The notes under the pieces were generated by a model. It searched no databases, was not told where the DNA came from, and saw only the letters and a list, made by a program, of their open reading frames with translations. Of a stretch of DNA of 64,000 nt, positions 25,506-39,000 are shown piece by piece. The stretch lies in the NCBI GenBank assembly GCA_032718475.1, contig JAUCBJ010005720.1, forward strand, positions 24,107 through 88,106, in the 5' to 3' direction. The position numbers and the translations under genes were made by a program. Position 1 is the first letter of the stretch. Every line of letters starts with the position of its first letter. Origin of the DNA: Nemertoderma westbladi. Lineage: Eukaryota; Animalia; Xenacoelomorpha.

Positions 25506-26441
25506 ACCCATGTGATAATTTTTTTTGTAGTTAAAGGGTGTAAGACTCTAGTGGTTACCTTAAAGTTAATATATACATCAAACCCCTGTTAGTCAGTATG
25601 TCGGTACATTCAATTATCACATATAAATATAGAGCAGAACTCCGGCATCACTGCATGTTGTTAAATCTTATATAATTTTTGTGCTGTGTGTTTGCTCTAG
25701 CAAACTACCAGTTTTCCATTGGTAACATGTTTACTTACCGTAGGCCTATAGGGTTCCAATGTTCTGAGGTCTGAAGTCTGTTTGGGCTGAGTGGTAACTG
25801 AGTTGATGGTGCGATTAATTTAGGTCAACGGTGCAATATAGTTAGGCTTGGCTAATTCCCTGTCCAGCTGATGAGGTGTCGAGGATTAGCGCGTACTGGT
25901 CCTAGACGCCAAAACGCAACCATATTTTTAACAAATTAATTATTTTTGTCTAGTCCTACCTCTTTCACGGCGACAAAAATGTCATATATTTTCTTATAGA
26001 ATATAGGCTTAGCTTTTGTGCAGTTTAATACCGGTATCATTTAGTGTATGGCGGTTAGGTTTTAGGGTTAGGGTTGCAATACATACTTGTATGTGGAGCA
26101 TGGTATAATATATTTTGTTTGTGTTTTTTGTTTGTCTTGTTTTGTGTTCCTTGATGGCCTTAGGGTCTGGAAGGTATTTTGGGCTTAATGTCCTGATACT
26201 ATACTTTTGTTTGTGTTTTTTGTTTGTTTTGTTTTGTGTTCCTTGATGGCCTTAGGGTCTGGAAGGTATTTTGGGCTCAATGTCCTGATACTATACTTTT
26301 GTTTGTGTTTTTTGTTTGTTTTGTTTTGTGTTCCTTGATGGCCTTAGTGTCTGGAAGGTATTTTGGGCTTAATGTCCTGATTCTATATTTTTTTGTAGTT
26401 AAAGGGTGTAAGACTCTAGTGGTTACCTTAAAGTTAATAAA
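25506..26441 (+). mobile_element. 0.9-kb non-coding insertion with about 52-bp terminal direct repeats, possibly a non-autonomous Penelope-like element
   Basis: TSD-like GACTATAA at 25498-25505 and 26442-26449. Direct repeats at 25520-25571 and 26388-26439, the latter running into AATAAA. Internal 92-bp x3 repeat and a hammerhead-like core at 25868-25915. Confidence 0.55.
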
Positions 26442-28071
26442 GACTATAACCCCGACAAAGAGAAGGAAGTCATGGTGGCATATGCGACAATGGCAACAGA
26501 TGATGAACATCCCATAGATAAAATCCTGGCTGGAAATGGTTCCTTCAATATCAACATGAATAGACTGGCAAACCTAATGATCCTACGGGATAAAATACTT
26601 TACAATGCCCGACGCAAAAAGAACAAGTTTATAAGCTTCCAACCAATCAAAGCAGACTACAATGAATTGGCATTCACCACCATAATAAAACATCTACAAG
26701 TTAAACACTTTGCGTCGACCATACATGATCTAAAAAGGAACATCCAACTGGTCAAGAGTAATCCGTTGCGGAAGTTATGCCTGTTTCTTGACCCCCTTGG
26801 GGTCATAAGGTGTAACACAAGACTCCTATATACAGAACTGGATTATAATGAGAAGTTTTCCATACTGTTACCAAACGAGTCGCCGATTACAACAGCTATA
26901 GTCAGAGGCGCACACCAGGATATCGCCCACCAGGGGTTTGACTACACCATAAACAAGGTGCGAAGACGTTTCTGGATATTCAAATTAAGATCCAAAGTAA
27001 AACATGTGATACGCACCTGTGTGAAATGCCAAAGGAAATGGGGTAAAGCGGACTCACAACTAATGGCCCCGCTAGACCATGGAACAGGGCGCAGATGTAC
27101 GACTCACCGTTCACCTATTGTGGAGTAGATCTGTTTGGACCCATAACCTTAATGCGCGGCAGGGTAGAAGTCAAACGATATGGAGTGATATTCACGTGTT
27201 TCCTATGTTGCGCTGTGGCGCTGGATTTAGCGGCAGATTATTCAGCCGTCGCGGTGATTCTAGTACTGAGGAGATTTATCTGCCGATATGGAAATGTTTC
27301 GATATTATATTCAGATCAGGGAACTCACCCCCCTAAATAAATTCTGACTGACTATATAATTTCGTGCTATTGGCTTATTATAAAAAACTTATTATTGTAT
27401 ATATTCTAATTATATTGGTGTATTGGGGAGTCCCATATATTTGGAATCAGTGTATATCAGCGCAAAGAGAACTTGATCAGTTAGAATTAAAATTGATGAT
27501 TCAACCTAACTTGTTCTTTTTCCTTTTCGACTACATTATCCATCACTCCCTGATCCAATATCTGGTGACTAGTATTGAGAGATGCAGAAACACTCCCAAA
27601 CTTACATCGGCGTTAGTGAATAATGGCAACAAAATTCCAAATATAAGAGGTGAATTTTGCTGATACAAAATTCAGATAAACCTGCGGAATTCCAACCATA
27701 GCACTTTCCCGATGGAGCTTCACCCTGCGATGAATTCAGAAACCTAACACTACTTCCATGCTACACTGACACGTAAACGCAGATGAAACTGGTGAAGGAA
27801 AAGGTGTGTTCAAAACTATAAAACCCTATTTATCTAACAGACTCTAAATTATCTACATTATCTAAATATCAACGAGGAATGGACATAACGATTACACTGA
27901 TGGAGTTGACTCAACGTGAAGACAGGATTTGGAACATCAAAGTTGAGGTGCTGGGAACGAACTAGGGAATATTCAGGATCATTGTCCATGTGGATCAAAT
28001 CCCAATACGAAACGTACGAGGAGCTGTTCTATGCATTCGCTTACGTCGCGATACGTGCTGCTACCGAATAA

Positions 28072-29400
28072 ATGGATACCAAACCACCAACAACGCGCAG
28101 GAAGGACTATCGAACCAACTCTGGTACGGATCAGGAGCTCAATATTCAAGACCTTGCCCGCAGACTCGGAACTCTAAAAGGGCTCGTCACTAGGGCCAAC
28201 ACTCGAATTGAAACACTGGTAAAACGACCAAACTCTTCCAATGATGAGATCCAACAACAATTCAAGAAAGTACAGTACGCTATCCAGAACTACGAGTTAT
28301 CGTCCGGTGCATACAATCGCCTGATTCCTACTGACAATTGCAAAAACAAACTAAAACTCGAGGAACACCTGCGGCACCTCGACCAGTTCTGGCATCAACA
28401 CTCCCGGATTATCCAACTCGTCAGGAGGTACGAGGAGCGGTCAAACCGTAGACTCGAGAAAAGAGTCCGTGTCAACTGTTGCTACAAGGTGGATGGCTAC
28501 GAGCAGAACCGCTCAATCCACTTGATAATCAGAGTCTATTTTCTGGAGTGCAACCTCAACACACTCTCAAAGAAACAGACTCCAAGATCAGGTGTGGGAT
28601 CAAAGAGCCTGAGTGGTCAAAGTGCTAATGGGGAACAAATATGCGCAGTGGATTTGGATAAAAATAAGCTGGCACAGGAAATGATCAACCGGCATCCGGC
28701 GATCGATATCTAGGAAAAAGATGCAGAAATTCAGCAGGAACTCGAGAAGCGCGAAAGAGAAACTTGACTCGAAATCAAGAAATTCGAAATAGAAATTCAG
28801 TGAGAGAATGATAAGACAAAAAAAGGAACTCAATAAAATATAAAAGATACAACAATGGGATGCAGAACAGCGATCTCAAGAAATAAAAGCAGAAAAGATA
28901 ATGAAACAAAAGAAAAGTATGGACAATGCCAAATTAGCCAAGTACAAAACCGCTTTACTCGAGCTAAATCTCCTAATCAAGGAGGATAGGGAGAGAGGAA
29001 TCGAATGGGAATTTGAACCCATCCCCACTCCCGAGTTGGAGAAAACCATTCCATTCGAGGAACCCACTCCTCTCCAACCAATCCTTAAAACCCACAAACT
29101 CTCTCCCGCAGCACAAGAATTCATACCGGAAATGGACCAGGGAAGTCATAGTGCCTGATACGATCCTGAAAAGGATTCGGAGTGTAAGCGGATTCAATTC
29201 CATTGCACTATCCACCTTAGAATGGGACCAGTGGCATTTTTCCAATATAGTTGGGGATATGAGATTACCAATATTAATCTCACCTCATAACCAACTTTGG
29301 GGGGGGGGGCATCCCGGAAGAATTCCGACCAGAAGTGGCCTGGGAATGGTCAGCACCCAAAGGGAGTCACCAAAATGGAATTACTAAACGCCTAATTAGA
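28072..29400 (+). pseudogene. Degenerate gag-like N-terminal ORF, probably from another BEL/Pao fragment
   Basis: RRLGTLKGLVTRANTRIETLV helix resembles BEL gag N-termini, followed by charged coiled coil and a PAM2-like KLSPAAQEFIP. It is broken by stops and frameshifts. Confidence 0.45.
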
Positions 29401-30464
29401 ACATCTCGAGAAACTCTACGGAGTATAACTACAGACAGAAACTTACACCATCAAGTTATCGCTGAAGAAACATTCCGAACTATGTTGGCGGACTATCATA
29501 CCTGTAACCTGTAGCAGCTGTGAGGCTGCAGATCACTGCCAGTTTTACATATATATACATTATACAGCCTTCAAGAAACCTATAAGGCAACAGCTGCTAC
29601 AACAGATCGTACAACTAAAACTCAATCCGAGTTTCTTGATGAACGGAAAGGACGTTTTGAAACGGCGTTCCAAGATGGAATGAAAGTCGACGGAACTTAC
29701 AAATGTGGAATAAAAATTGTAACCCAAAACACAATAGATAGAATTTCACTTCACAAATAATATGAAAGACTCAATTTCAGATGTACTCATAAACATGTAT
29801 AGGGCCTAGTCAGTTGTTTCATTCAAAAAGTAAGTACAAATTTTAGAGAAAATGGCCAAAATCATCCACAATTAAAACTCTCTGATTGGATTATTAATTG
29901 GCAATTCGAAATTAAGTCCAATTCATAGTTAGAAAGAACAAATGGGCTCTACCTATATAACATACACATTCTACCTCTAGGATTATAATGAGATATCTTA
30001 TCAAATAAAGTTAGCTTTGCCAAAACAATGTGAGGGTGAGGATAGGACCACATTAGAGCGAGCCACACCCAAACATACTTCCTTGCTAATTCCCTACGAA
30101 GATGAAGTTACATATTAATTATTCAAAGTTAAAAAATGAGCCAAGAAATTACTGCTTATTGATATTAGAAAAGTATTATGATATTGCAGTCACTGCAAAC
30201 ATTGCAGTTACCAGTAACATCAAACAATTAAATATTTATTGTTTTCGCTAATTTTATGATATTTACGCGAACAAACAATGTTGTTCAATAATGTTGAACT
30301 AATCATTATTCTAAAAATTTTACACAACTTACGATAGACTTTACAGTTCTAGTCTATTTGCTTAAGCTTTACAATGAAACTGAACCTCAAACTGTAAGGT
30401 TGTGGCAAAATCGTTATATAGGCTCTGGTATATGTCTTTTTTTTATTATTTTATACGTCGGTTT

Positions 30465-30675
30465 ATACTGTCGGCATTACGTAACGCCGACACTGTCGGC
30501 ACAACGTAACGCCGACACTGTCGGCACAACGTAACGCCGACACTGTCGGCACAACGTAACGCAGACACTGTCGGCACAACATAACGCCGACACTGTCGGC
30601 ACAACGTAACTACGACACTCAGTACATTATCTGCACAGTGTTGGCACAACGTTATGCCGAGACTGTCGGCACAGC
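30465..30675. repeat. 25-bp tandem repeat containing the palindrome GCCGACA-C-TGTCGGC
   Basis: ACAACGTAACGCCGACACTGTCGGC repeated about 7-8 times with decay. Confidence 0.85.
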
Positions 30676-32932
30676 GTTTACACCCTGTAGGTTCCAACAA
30701 TAAGTCCCCCTCGCAAAGCCTTCCGATATGACATATCCAGCTTTTCGACGCTTCGGTGTGGTTTACAGTAGTGCACCTATCCAGTGTCTGCTACTGGACA
30801 GTACATTTTGAAAGTTACTTGCACGTCTAGCCAGCCACCTTGAGCTTTAGCTGTTTGCCCTCAATATTAATTTTTATTTCTCATCAATGTTAAACTATCA
30901 ATTAAGATTATATTAGGTAGCAGGTTACTGTGTCACTTTATTCTAATTGTGCAATAGCCTGCTTGTGTTTGTGTTAGTTATGTTGTGTTTGATATATTCA
31001 ATTATCAATAAAATAAGTAGCAATAAATAATATGTTATTTTTTTAAAGTTGATTTCAATTTAGCTTAGTTTGTTGTTTTTTTCTAGTTACTATACTGGTA
31101 GTTGTTCGTGTTGATGTACTGTAGGTTGCTTGGAGTCTGTTCCTTTAGTAAAGTAGTGGCCCCGGTTTCTTTAGTTATTAAGGAATTGTTCGATCTCTAT
31201 AATAGAAAGCCCGTTCGTTATACATTCAGGGCTGATACAGGACAGGTCCTGGCTTTGTCGGCTTATTTACTTGCGGCACTATAATTAATTAACATTACTT
31301 GGTATTTAATAACATCTAATGAAAAACTATTCCAGGGGTCTGTGATCACGTTTCAATAACAGAACTTTGGACCAAATAGATTATATTACGTGTGAAAAAT
31401 AAATTTATACAAATATAATGTGTTGGAGAGTAAAACATTATAAACATTACCTATTCTTTAAACTATTGTATTTTCACACAAAACAAATAGTATATGATGC
31501 TATTATAGTGTTTTTCAAACTTAAATGTATACCGGTAAATAAACCAAGTTGCCTTTGTGGAGGTCGGCTACATTTTGCTGCGAGGGCGGCTAAAATATGA
31601 TGCTGCAACAAAAGTTGTATGGTGTGAGTAGTATACTGTAAAAATAACCATAAAATAATTAAATTACTTCATTAAATAAATTTATGCCTACTGGTTTACT
31701 ACCAAACACACCACATATTCAACGTCTACCGGTGGCCTACTACTGTAATATTGTGAATGAATCCGCTACTGTGGCAAATGTTTTTTCTTTTATAACCGTG
31801 ATCTATAATAAATCTCTCCGCAAATTATATATCTTAGAGTTTGTGGAGAAAACCCCTATTTATTTTTTCCTCGTAATAAATACTTTAGCAATTGCGTCAT
31901 TTCCTTTGTACGTACTTATAAATAATGTTTTGTATTTGACAAATCTTTCTCACTAATATTTTTAAAAATGATTAAAATAATCTAAAACTAGTTAAAAAAA
32001 ACTTTTCTTAACTAATTTTTTACCTTTTTAACTATTTTTTTAGCATAAAGTTTTCACACATAACCGAGTCAATGGTCTTACATGTCGATAAACCGTCTGT
32101 ACGGTTATGGTGTTTGTATACATCAAGAAAGTACATACAGTAGTACTGTACAATCATACCGGTAATTAAATAGGCCAGGCCCATACATACAGCATTAACT
32201 CAACACTTGATTCCGAAACATTTGATAAGTACAAAAATAAGTCGCATTCAACACCTGAATTGATTTCGTAATAGTTGTAAGATCATGTTAGATCGATAGG
32301 ATTGTACCGATTGTTAGATCGATAGGATTGTACAATGTTAGATCGAGACTCTGATACCCATCACAACTACACTTTTTCTGTTCTCTAATATCATTATTGA
32401 TATGAATCAGAATAACACTTCATATACAATGTCATGTCTATGTATGCCGAATTTTATGTCCGTCGTCCGACCTATCCACAGTTATTGTGCTGTGCAGATC
32501 CTTGGAGAAGCCATAAACCCTGTATAATAATATAATAATAATATAATACTCCATTACACAATGTTTTCCAAAAATGCGGATATTTAGTAATATTATGATG
32601 ATACATCTAATATAGATAATGACAATAAACTAAAGTCCGCACAGATCAACTAACCTTGATCTTCACCAACCTGACACTAACTCGTTTGTTTATTGTTTCA
32701 CTAAATTAATTGGCAATGGAAAGAGCCACAACTGACACAGATAATGATGTAATGTGTCTCTCGTGCGTTACTATTTCTCCTATAGGCCTGATTTTATGAG
32801 GGTGAGGGTTGTGTCGTATTATACCGTAATCAGTTGTTATATAGTTTGGGCTGTTTGTTAGATTTAGTTCTAGAATATTCAACTTAATGGATTCAATATA
32901 GTAAATATCCGTCATCAAGAAAAGTTGTAATA

Positions 32933-33015
32933 ATGGGTAAGAAAAATAAATCCGATACAGAGATGGATAACTTTGCTGAGGTCGGTGACATCGAACTTCA
33001 GGAGAAAGGAAAACT
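32933..33015 (+). CDS. SLC6 gene B, first coding exon
   Basis: ATG GGT AAG... gives MGKKNKSDTEMDNFAEVGDIELQEKGK(L), with donor CT|gtaagt. Phase 2 matches the exon at 41662. Confidence 0.72.
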
Positions 33016-33084
33016 GTAAGTTGTAATTAATATATTATACTGAATATTTGAAAATCTATGTCAAGGTATTGAATGATGTATCGA

Positions 33085-36000
33085 ATTCCACCCTGGCCCA
33101 TCACAAGTTACAAACATTGTAATAGATCCCGCATTCCTGATTCCACCCTGCCCCATCACAAGTTACAAACAGTGTACTAGATCCTGCATTCCTGATTCCA
33201 TCCTGGCCCATCACAAGTTACAAACAGTGTAATAGATCCTGCATTCCTGATTCCACCCTGCCCCATCACAAGTTACAAACATTGTAATAGATCCCGCATT
33301 CCTGATTCCACCCTGCCCCATCACAAGTTACAAACAGTGTACTAGATCCTGCATTCCTGATTCCATCCTGGCCCATCACAAGTTACAAACAGTGTAATAG
33401 ATCCCGCATTCCTGATTCCACCCTGGCCCATCACAAGTTACAAACAGTGTAATAGATCCTGCATTCCTGATTCCACCCTGGCCCATCACATGTTACAAAC
33501 AGTGTAATAGATCCTGCATTCCTGATTCCACCCTGGCCCATCACATGTTACAAACAGTGTAATAGATCCTGCATTCCTGATTCCACCCTGGCCCATCACA
33601 AGTTACAAACATTGTAATAGATCCCGCATTCCTGATTCCACCCTGCCCCATCACAAGTTACAAACAGTGTACTAGATCCTGCATTCCTGATTCCATTCTG
33701 GCCCATCACAAGTTACAAACAGTGTAATAGATCCTGCATTCCTGATTCCACCCTGCCCCATCACAAGTTACAAACATTGTAATAGATCCCGCATTCCTGA
33801 TTCCACCCTGCCCCATCACAAGTTACAAACAGTGTACTAGATCCTGCATTCCTGATTCCATCCTGGCCCATCACAAGTTACAAACAGTGTAATAGATCCC
33901 GCATTCCTGATTCCACCCTGGCCCATCACAAGTTACAAACAGTGTAATAGATCCTGCATTCCTGATTCCACCCTGGCCCATCACATGTTACAAACAGTGT
34001 AATAGATCCTGCATTCCTGATTCCACCCTGCCCCATCACAAGTTACAAACAGTGTAATAGATCCTGCATTCCTGATTCCACCCTGGCCCATCACATGTTA
34101 CAAACAGTGTAATAGATCCTGCATTCCTGATTCCACCCTGGCCCATCACAAGTTACAAACAGTGTAATAGATCCTGCATTCCTGATTCCACCCTGCCCCA
34201 TCACAAGTTACAAACAGTGTAATAGATCCTGCATTCCTGATTCCACCCTGGCCCATCACATGTTACAAACAGTGTAATAGATCCCGCATTCCTGATTCCA
34301 CCCTGGCCCATCACAAGTTACAAACATTGTAATAGATCCCGCATTCCTGATTCCACCCTGGCCCATCACAAGTTACAAACAGTGTAATAGATCCCGCATT
34401 CCTGATTCCACCCTGGCCCATCACAAGTTACAAACAGTGTAATAGATCCCGCATTCCTGATTCCACCCTGGCCCATCACATGTTACAAACAGTGTAATAG
34501 ATCCTGCATTCCTGATTCCACCCTGCCCCATCACAAGTTACAAACAGTATAATAGATCCCGCATTCATGATTCCACCCTGCCCCATCACAAGTTACAAAC
34601 AGTGTAATAGATCCTGCATTCCTGATTCCACCCTGCCCCATCACAAGTTACAAACAGTGTAATAGATCCTGCATTCCTGATTCCACCCTGGCCCATCACA
34701 TGTTACAAACAGTGTAATAGATCCCGCATTCCTGATTCCACCCTGGCCCATCACAAGTTACAAACATTGTAATAGATCCCGCATTCCTGATTCCACCCTG
34801 GCCCATCACAAGTTACAAACAGTGTAATAGATCCCGCATTCCTGATTCCACCCTGGCCCATCACAAGTTACAAACAGTGTAATAGATCCCGCATTCCTGA
34901 TTCCACCCTGGCCCATCACATGTTACAAACAGTGTAATAGATCCTGCATTCCTGATTCCACCCTGCCCCATCACAAGTTACAAACAGTATAATAGATCCC
35001 GCATTCATGATTCCACCCTGCCCCATCACAAGTTACAAACAGTATAATAGATCCCGCATTCCTGATTCCACCCTGGCCCATCACAAGTTACAAACAGTGT
35101 AATAGATCCCGCATTCCTGATTCCACCCTGGCCCATCACAAGTTACAAACAGTGTAATAGATCCTGCATTCCTGATTCCACCATGGCCCATCACAAGTTA
35201 CAAACAGTGTAATAGATTCCGCATTCCTGATTCCACTCTGGCCCATCACAAGTTACAAACAGTGTAATAGATCCCGCATTCCTGATTCCACCCTGGCCCA
35301 TCACAAGTTACAAACAGTGTAATAGATCCTGCATTCCTGATTCCACCCTGCCCCATCACAAGTTACAAACAGTTTAATAGATCCTGCATTCCTGATTCCA
35401 CCATGGCCCATCACAAGTTACAAACAGTGTAATAGATCCTGCATTCCTGATTCCACCATGGCCCATCACAAGTTACAAACAGTGTAATAGATCCCGCATT
35501 CCTGATTCCACTCTGGCCCATCACAAGTTACAAACAGTGTAATAGATCCCGCATTCCTGATTCCACCCTGGCCCATCACAAGTTACAAACAGTGTAATAG
35601 ATGCCGCATTCCTGATTCCACCCTGGCCCATCACAAGTTACAAACAGTGTAATAGATGCCGCATTCCTGATTCCACCCTGGCCCATCACAAGTTACAAAC
35701 ATTGTAATAGATCCCGCATTCCTGATTCCACCCTGGCCCATCACAAGTTACAAACAGTGTAATAGATCCCGCATTCCTGATTCCACCCTGGCCCATCACA
35801 AGTTACAAACAGTGTAATAGATCCCGCATTCCTGATTCCACCCTGGCCCATCACATGTTACAAACAGTGTAATAGATCCTGCATTCCTGATTCCACCCTG
35901 CCCCATCACAAGTTACAAACAGTATAATAGATCCCGCATTCATGATTCCACCCTGCCCCATCACAAGTTACAAACAGTATAATAGATCCCGCATTCCTGA

Positions 36001-39000
36001 TTCCACCCTGCCCCATCACAAGTTACAAACAGTGTAATAGATCCCGCATTCCTGATTCCACCCTGGCCCATCACAAGTTACAAACAGTGTAATAGATCCC
36101 GCATTCCTGATTCCACCCTGCCCCATCACAAGTTACAAACAGTGTAATAGATCCCGCATTCCTGATTCCACCCTGGCCCATCACAAGTTACAAACAGTGT
36201 AATAGATCCTGCATTCCTGATTCCACCATGGCCCATCACAAGTTACAAACAGTGTAATAGATTCCGCATTCCTGATTCCACTCTGGCCCATCACAAGTTA
36301 CAAACAGTGTAATAGATCCCGCATTCCTGATTCCACCCTGGCCCATCACAAGTTACAAACAGTGTAATAGATCCCGCATTCCTGATTCCACCCTGGCCCA
36401 TCACAAGTTACAAACAGTGTAATAGATCCTGCATTCCTGATTCCACCATGGCCCATCACAAGTTACAAACAGTGTAATAGATTCCGCATTCCAGATTCCA
36501 CTCTGGCCCATCACAAGTTACAAACAGTGTAATAGATCCCGCATTCCTGATTCCACCCTGGCCCATCACAAGTTACAAACAGTGTAATAGATCCTGCATT
36601 CCTGATTCCACCCTGCCCCATCACAAGTTACAAACAGTGTAATAGATCCTGCATTCCTGATTCCACCATGGCCCATCACAAGTTACAAACAGTGTAATAG
36701 ATCCTGCATTCCTGATTCCACCATGGCCCATCACAAGTTACAAACAGTGTAATAGATCCCGCATTCCTGATTCCACTCTGGCCCATCACAAGTTACAAAC
36801 AGTGTAATAGATCCCGCATTCCTGATTCCACCCTGGCCCATCACAAGTTACAAACAGTGTAATAGATGCCGCATTCCTGATTCCACCCTGGCCCATCACA
36901 AGTTACAAACAGTGTAATAGATCCCGCATTCCTGATTCCACCCTGGCCCATCACAAGTTACAAACAGTGTAATAGATCCCGCATTCCTGATTCCACCCTG
37001 GCCCATCACAAGTTACAAACAGTGTAATAGATCCTGCATTCCTGATTCCACCCTGCCCCATCACAAGTTACAAACAGTGTAATAGATCCCGCATTCCTGA
37101 TTCCACCCTGGCCCATCACAAGTTACAAACAGTGTAATAGATGCCGCATTCCTGATTCCACCCTGGCCCATCACAAGTTACAAACAGTGTAATAGATGCC
37201 GCATTCCTGATTCTACCCTGGCCCATCACAAGTTACAAACAGTGTAATAGATCCCGCATTCCTGATTCCACCCTGGCCCATCACATGTTACAAACAGTGT
37301 AATAGATCCTGCATTCCTGATTCCACCCTGGCCCATCACAAGTTACAAACAGTGTAATAGATCCCGCATTCCTGATTCCACCCTGGCCCATCACAAGTTA
37401 CAAACAGTGTAATAGATGCCGCATTCCTGATTCCACCCTGGCCCATCACAAGTTACAAACAGTGTAATAGATGCCGCATTCCTGATTCTACCCTGGCCCA
37501 TCACAAGTTACAAACAGTGTAATAGATCCCGCATTCCTGATTCCACCCTGGCCCATCACATGTTACAAACAGTGTAATAGATCCTGCATTCCTGATTCCA
37601 CCCTGGCCCATCACAAGTTACAAACAGTGTAATAGATCCCGCATTCCTGATTCCACCCTGGCCCATCACAAGTTACAAACAGTGTAATAGATGCCGCATT
37701 CCTGATTCCACCCTGGCCCATCACAAGTTACAAACAGTGTAATAGATGCCGCATTCCTGATTCTACCCTGGCCCATCACAAGTTACAAACAGTGTAATAG
37801 ATCCCGCATTCCTGATTCCACCCTGGCCCATCACATGTTACAAACAGTGTAATAGATCCTGCATTCCTGATTCCACCCTGGCCCATCACAAGTTACAAAC
37901 AGTGTAATAGATCCCGCATTCCTGATTCCACTCTGGCCCATCACAAGTTACAAACAGTGTAATAGATCCCGCATTCATGATTCCACTCTGGCCCATCACA
38001 AGTTACAAACAGTGTAATAGATCCCGCATTCCTGATTCCACCCTGCCCCATCACAAGTTACAAACAGTGTAATAGATCCCGCATTCCTGATTCCACTCTG
38101 GCCCATCACAAGTTACAAACAGTGTAATAGATCCCGCATTCCTGATTCCACCCTGGCCCACCACAAGTTACAAACAGTGTAATAGATCCTGCATTCCTGA
38201 TTCCACCATGGCCCATCACAAGTTACAAACAGTGTAATAGATCCCGCATTCCTGATTCCACTCTGGCCCATCACAAGTTACAAACAGTGTAATAGATCCC
38301 GCATTCCTGATTCCACCCTGGCCCATCACAAGTTACAAACAGTGTAATAGATCCTGCATTCCTGATTCCACCCTGCCCCATCACAAGTTACAAACAGTGT
38401 AATAGATGCCGCATTCCTGATTCCACCCTGGCCCATCACAAGTTACAAACAGTGTAATAGATCCCGCATTCCTGATTCCACCCTGGCCCATCACAAGTTA
38501 CAAACAGTGTAATAGATCCCGCATTCCTGATTCCACTCTGGCCCATCACAAGTTACAAACAGTGTAATAGATCCCGCATTCCTGATTCCACCCTGCCCCA
38601 TCACAAGTTACAAACAGTGTAATAGATCCTGCATTCCTGATTCCACCCTGCCCCATCACAAGTTACAAACAGTGTAATAGATGCCGCATTCCTGATTCTA
38701 CCCTGGCCCATCACAAGTTACAAACAGTGTAATAGATCCCGCATTCCTGATTCCACCCTGGCCCATCACATGTTACAAACAGTGTAATAGATCCTGCATT
38801 CCTGATTCCACCCTGGCCCATCACAAGTTACAAACAGTGTAATAGATCCCGCATTCCTGATTCCACTCTGGCCCATCACAAGTTACAAACAGTGTAATAG
38901 ATCCCGCATTCCTGATTCCACCCTGGCCCATCACAAGTTACAAACAGTGTAATAGATCCCGCATTCCTGATTCCACCCTGCCCCATCACAAGTTACAAAC

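Larger units (their letters stand above)
10034..27330 (+). mobile_element. Old degenerate BEL/Pao pol (RT-RNaseH-IN) split by three later insertions; pieces at 10034-10901, 12403-12497, 24663-25509, 26442-27330
   Basis: BEL motifs in order: VPMLWRD, KVQVVMD..SLNSELMAG, DLEAMFHQV, FYVDDGL, RALGVKW|WPEED, SVYDPPGL, PRMELSAA, YSDSEVVL, VANRI, WRYVPTEMNPTDCASRG, H-H-CxxC, CGVDLFGP, YSDQGT. Reading resumes across each insertion. It has several frameshifts and no LTRs were recognised. Confidence 0.88.

Noticed and set aside
26054-26075. TTAGGG telomere-like motifs
   Set aside because: Only about 2-3 imperfect copies inside a repeat element, not an interstitial telomere.
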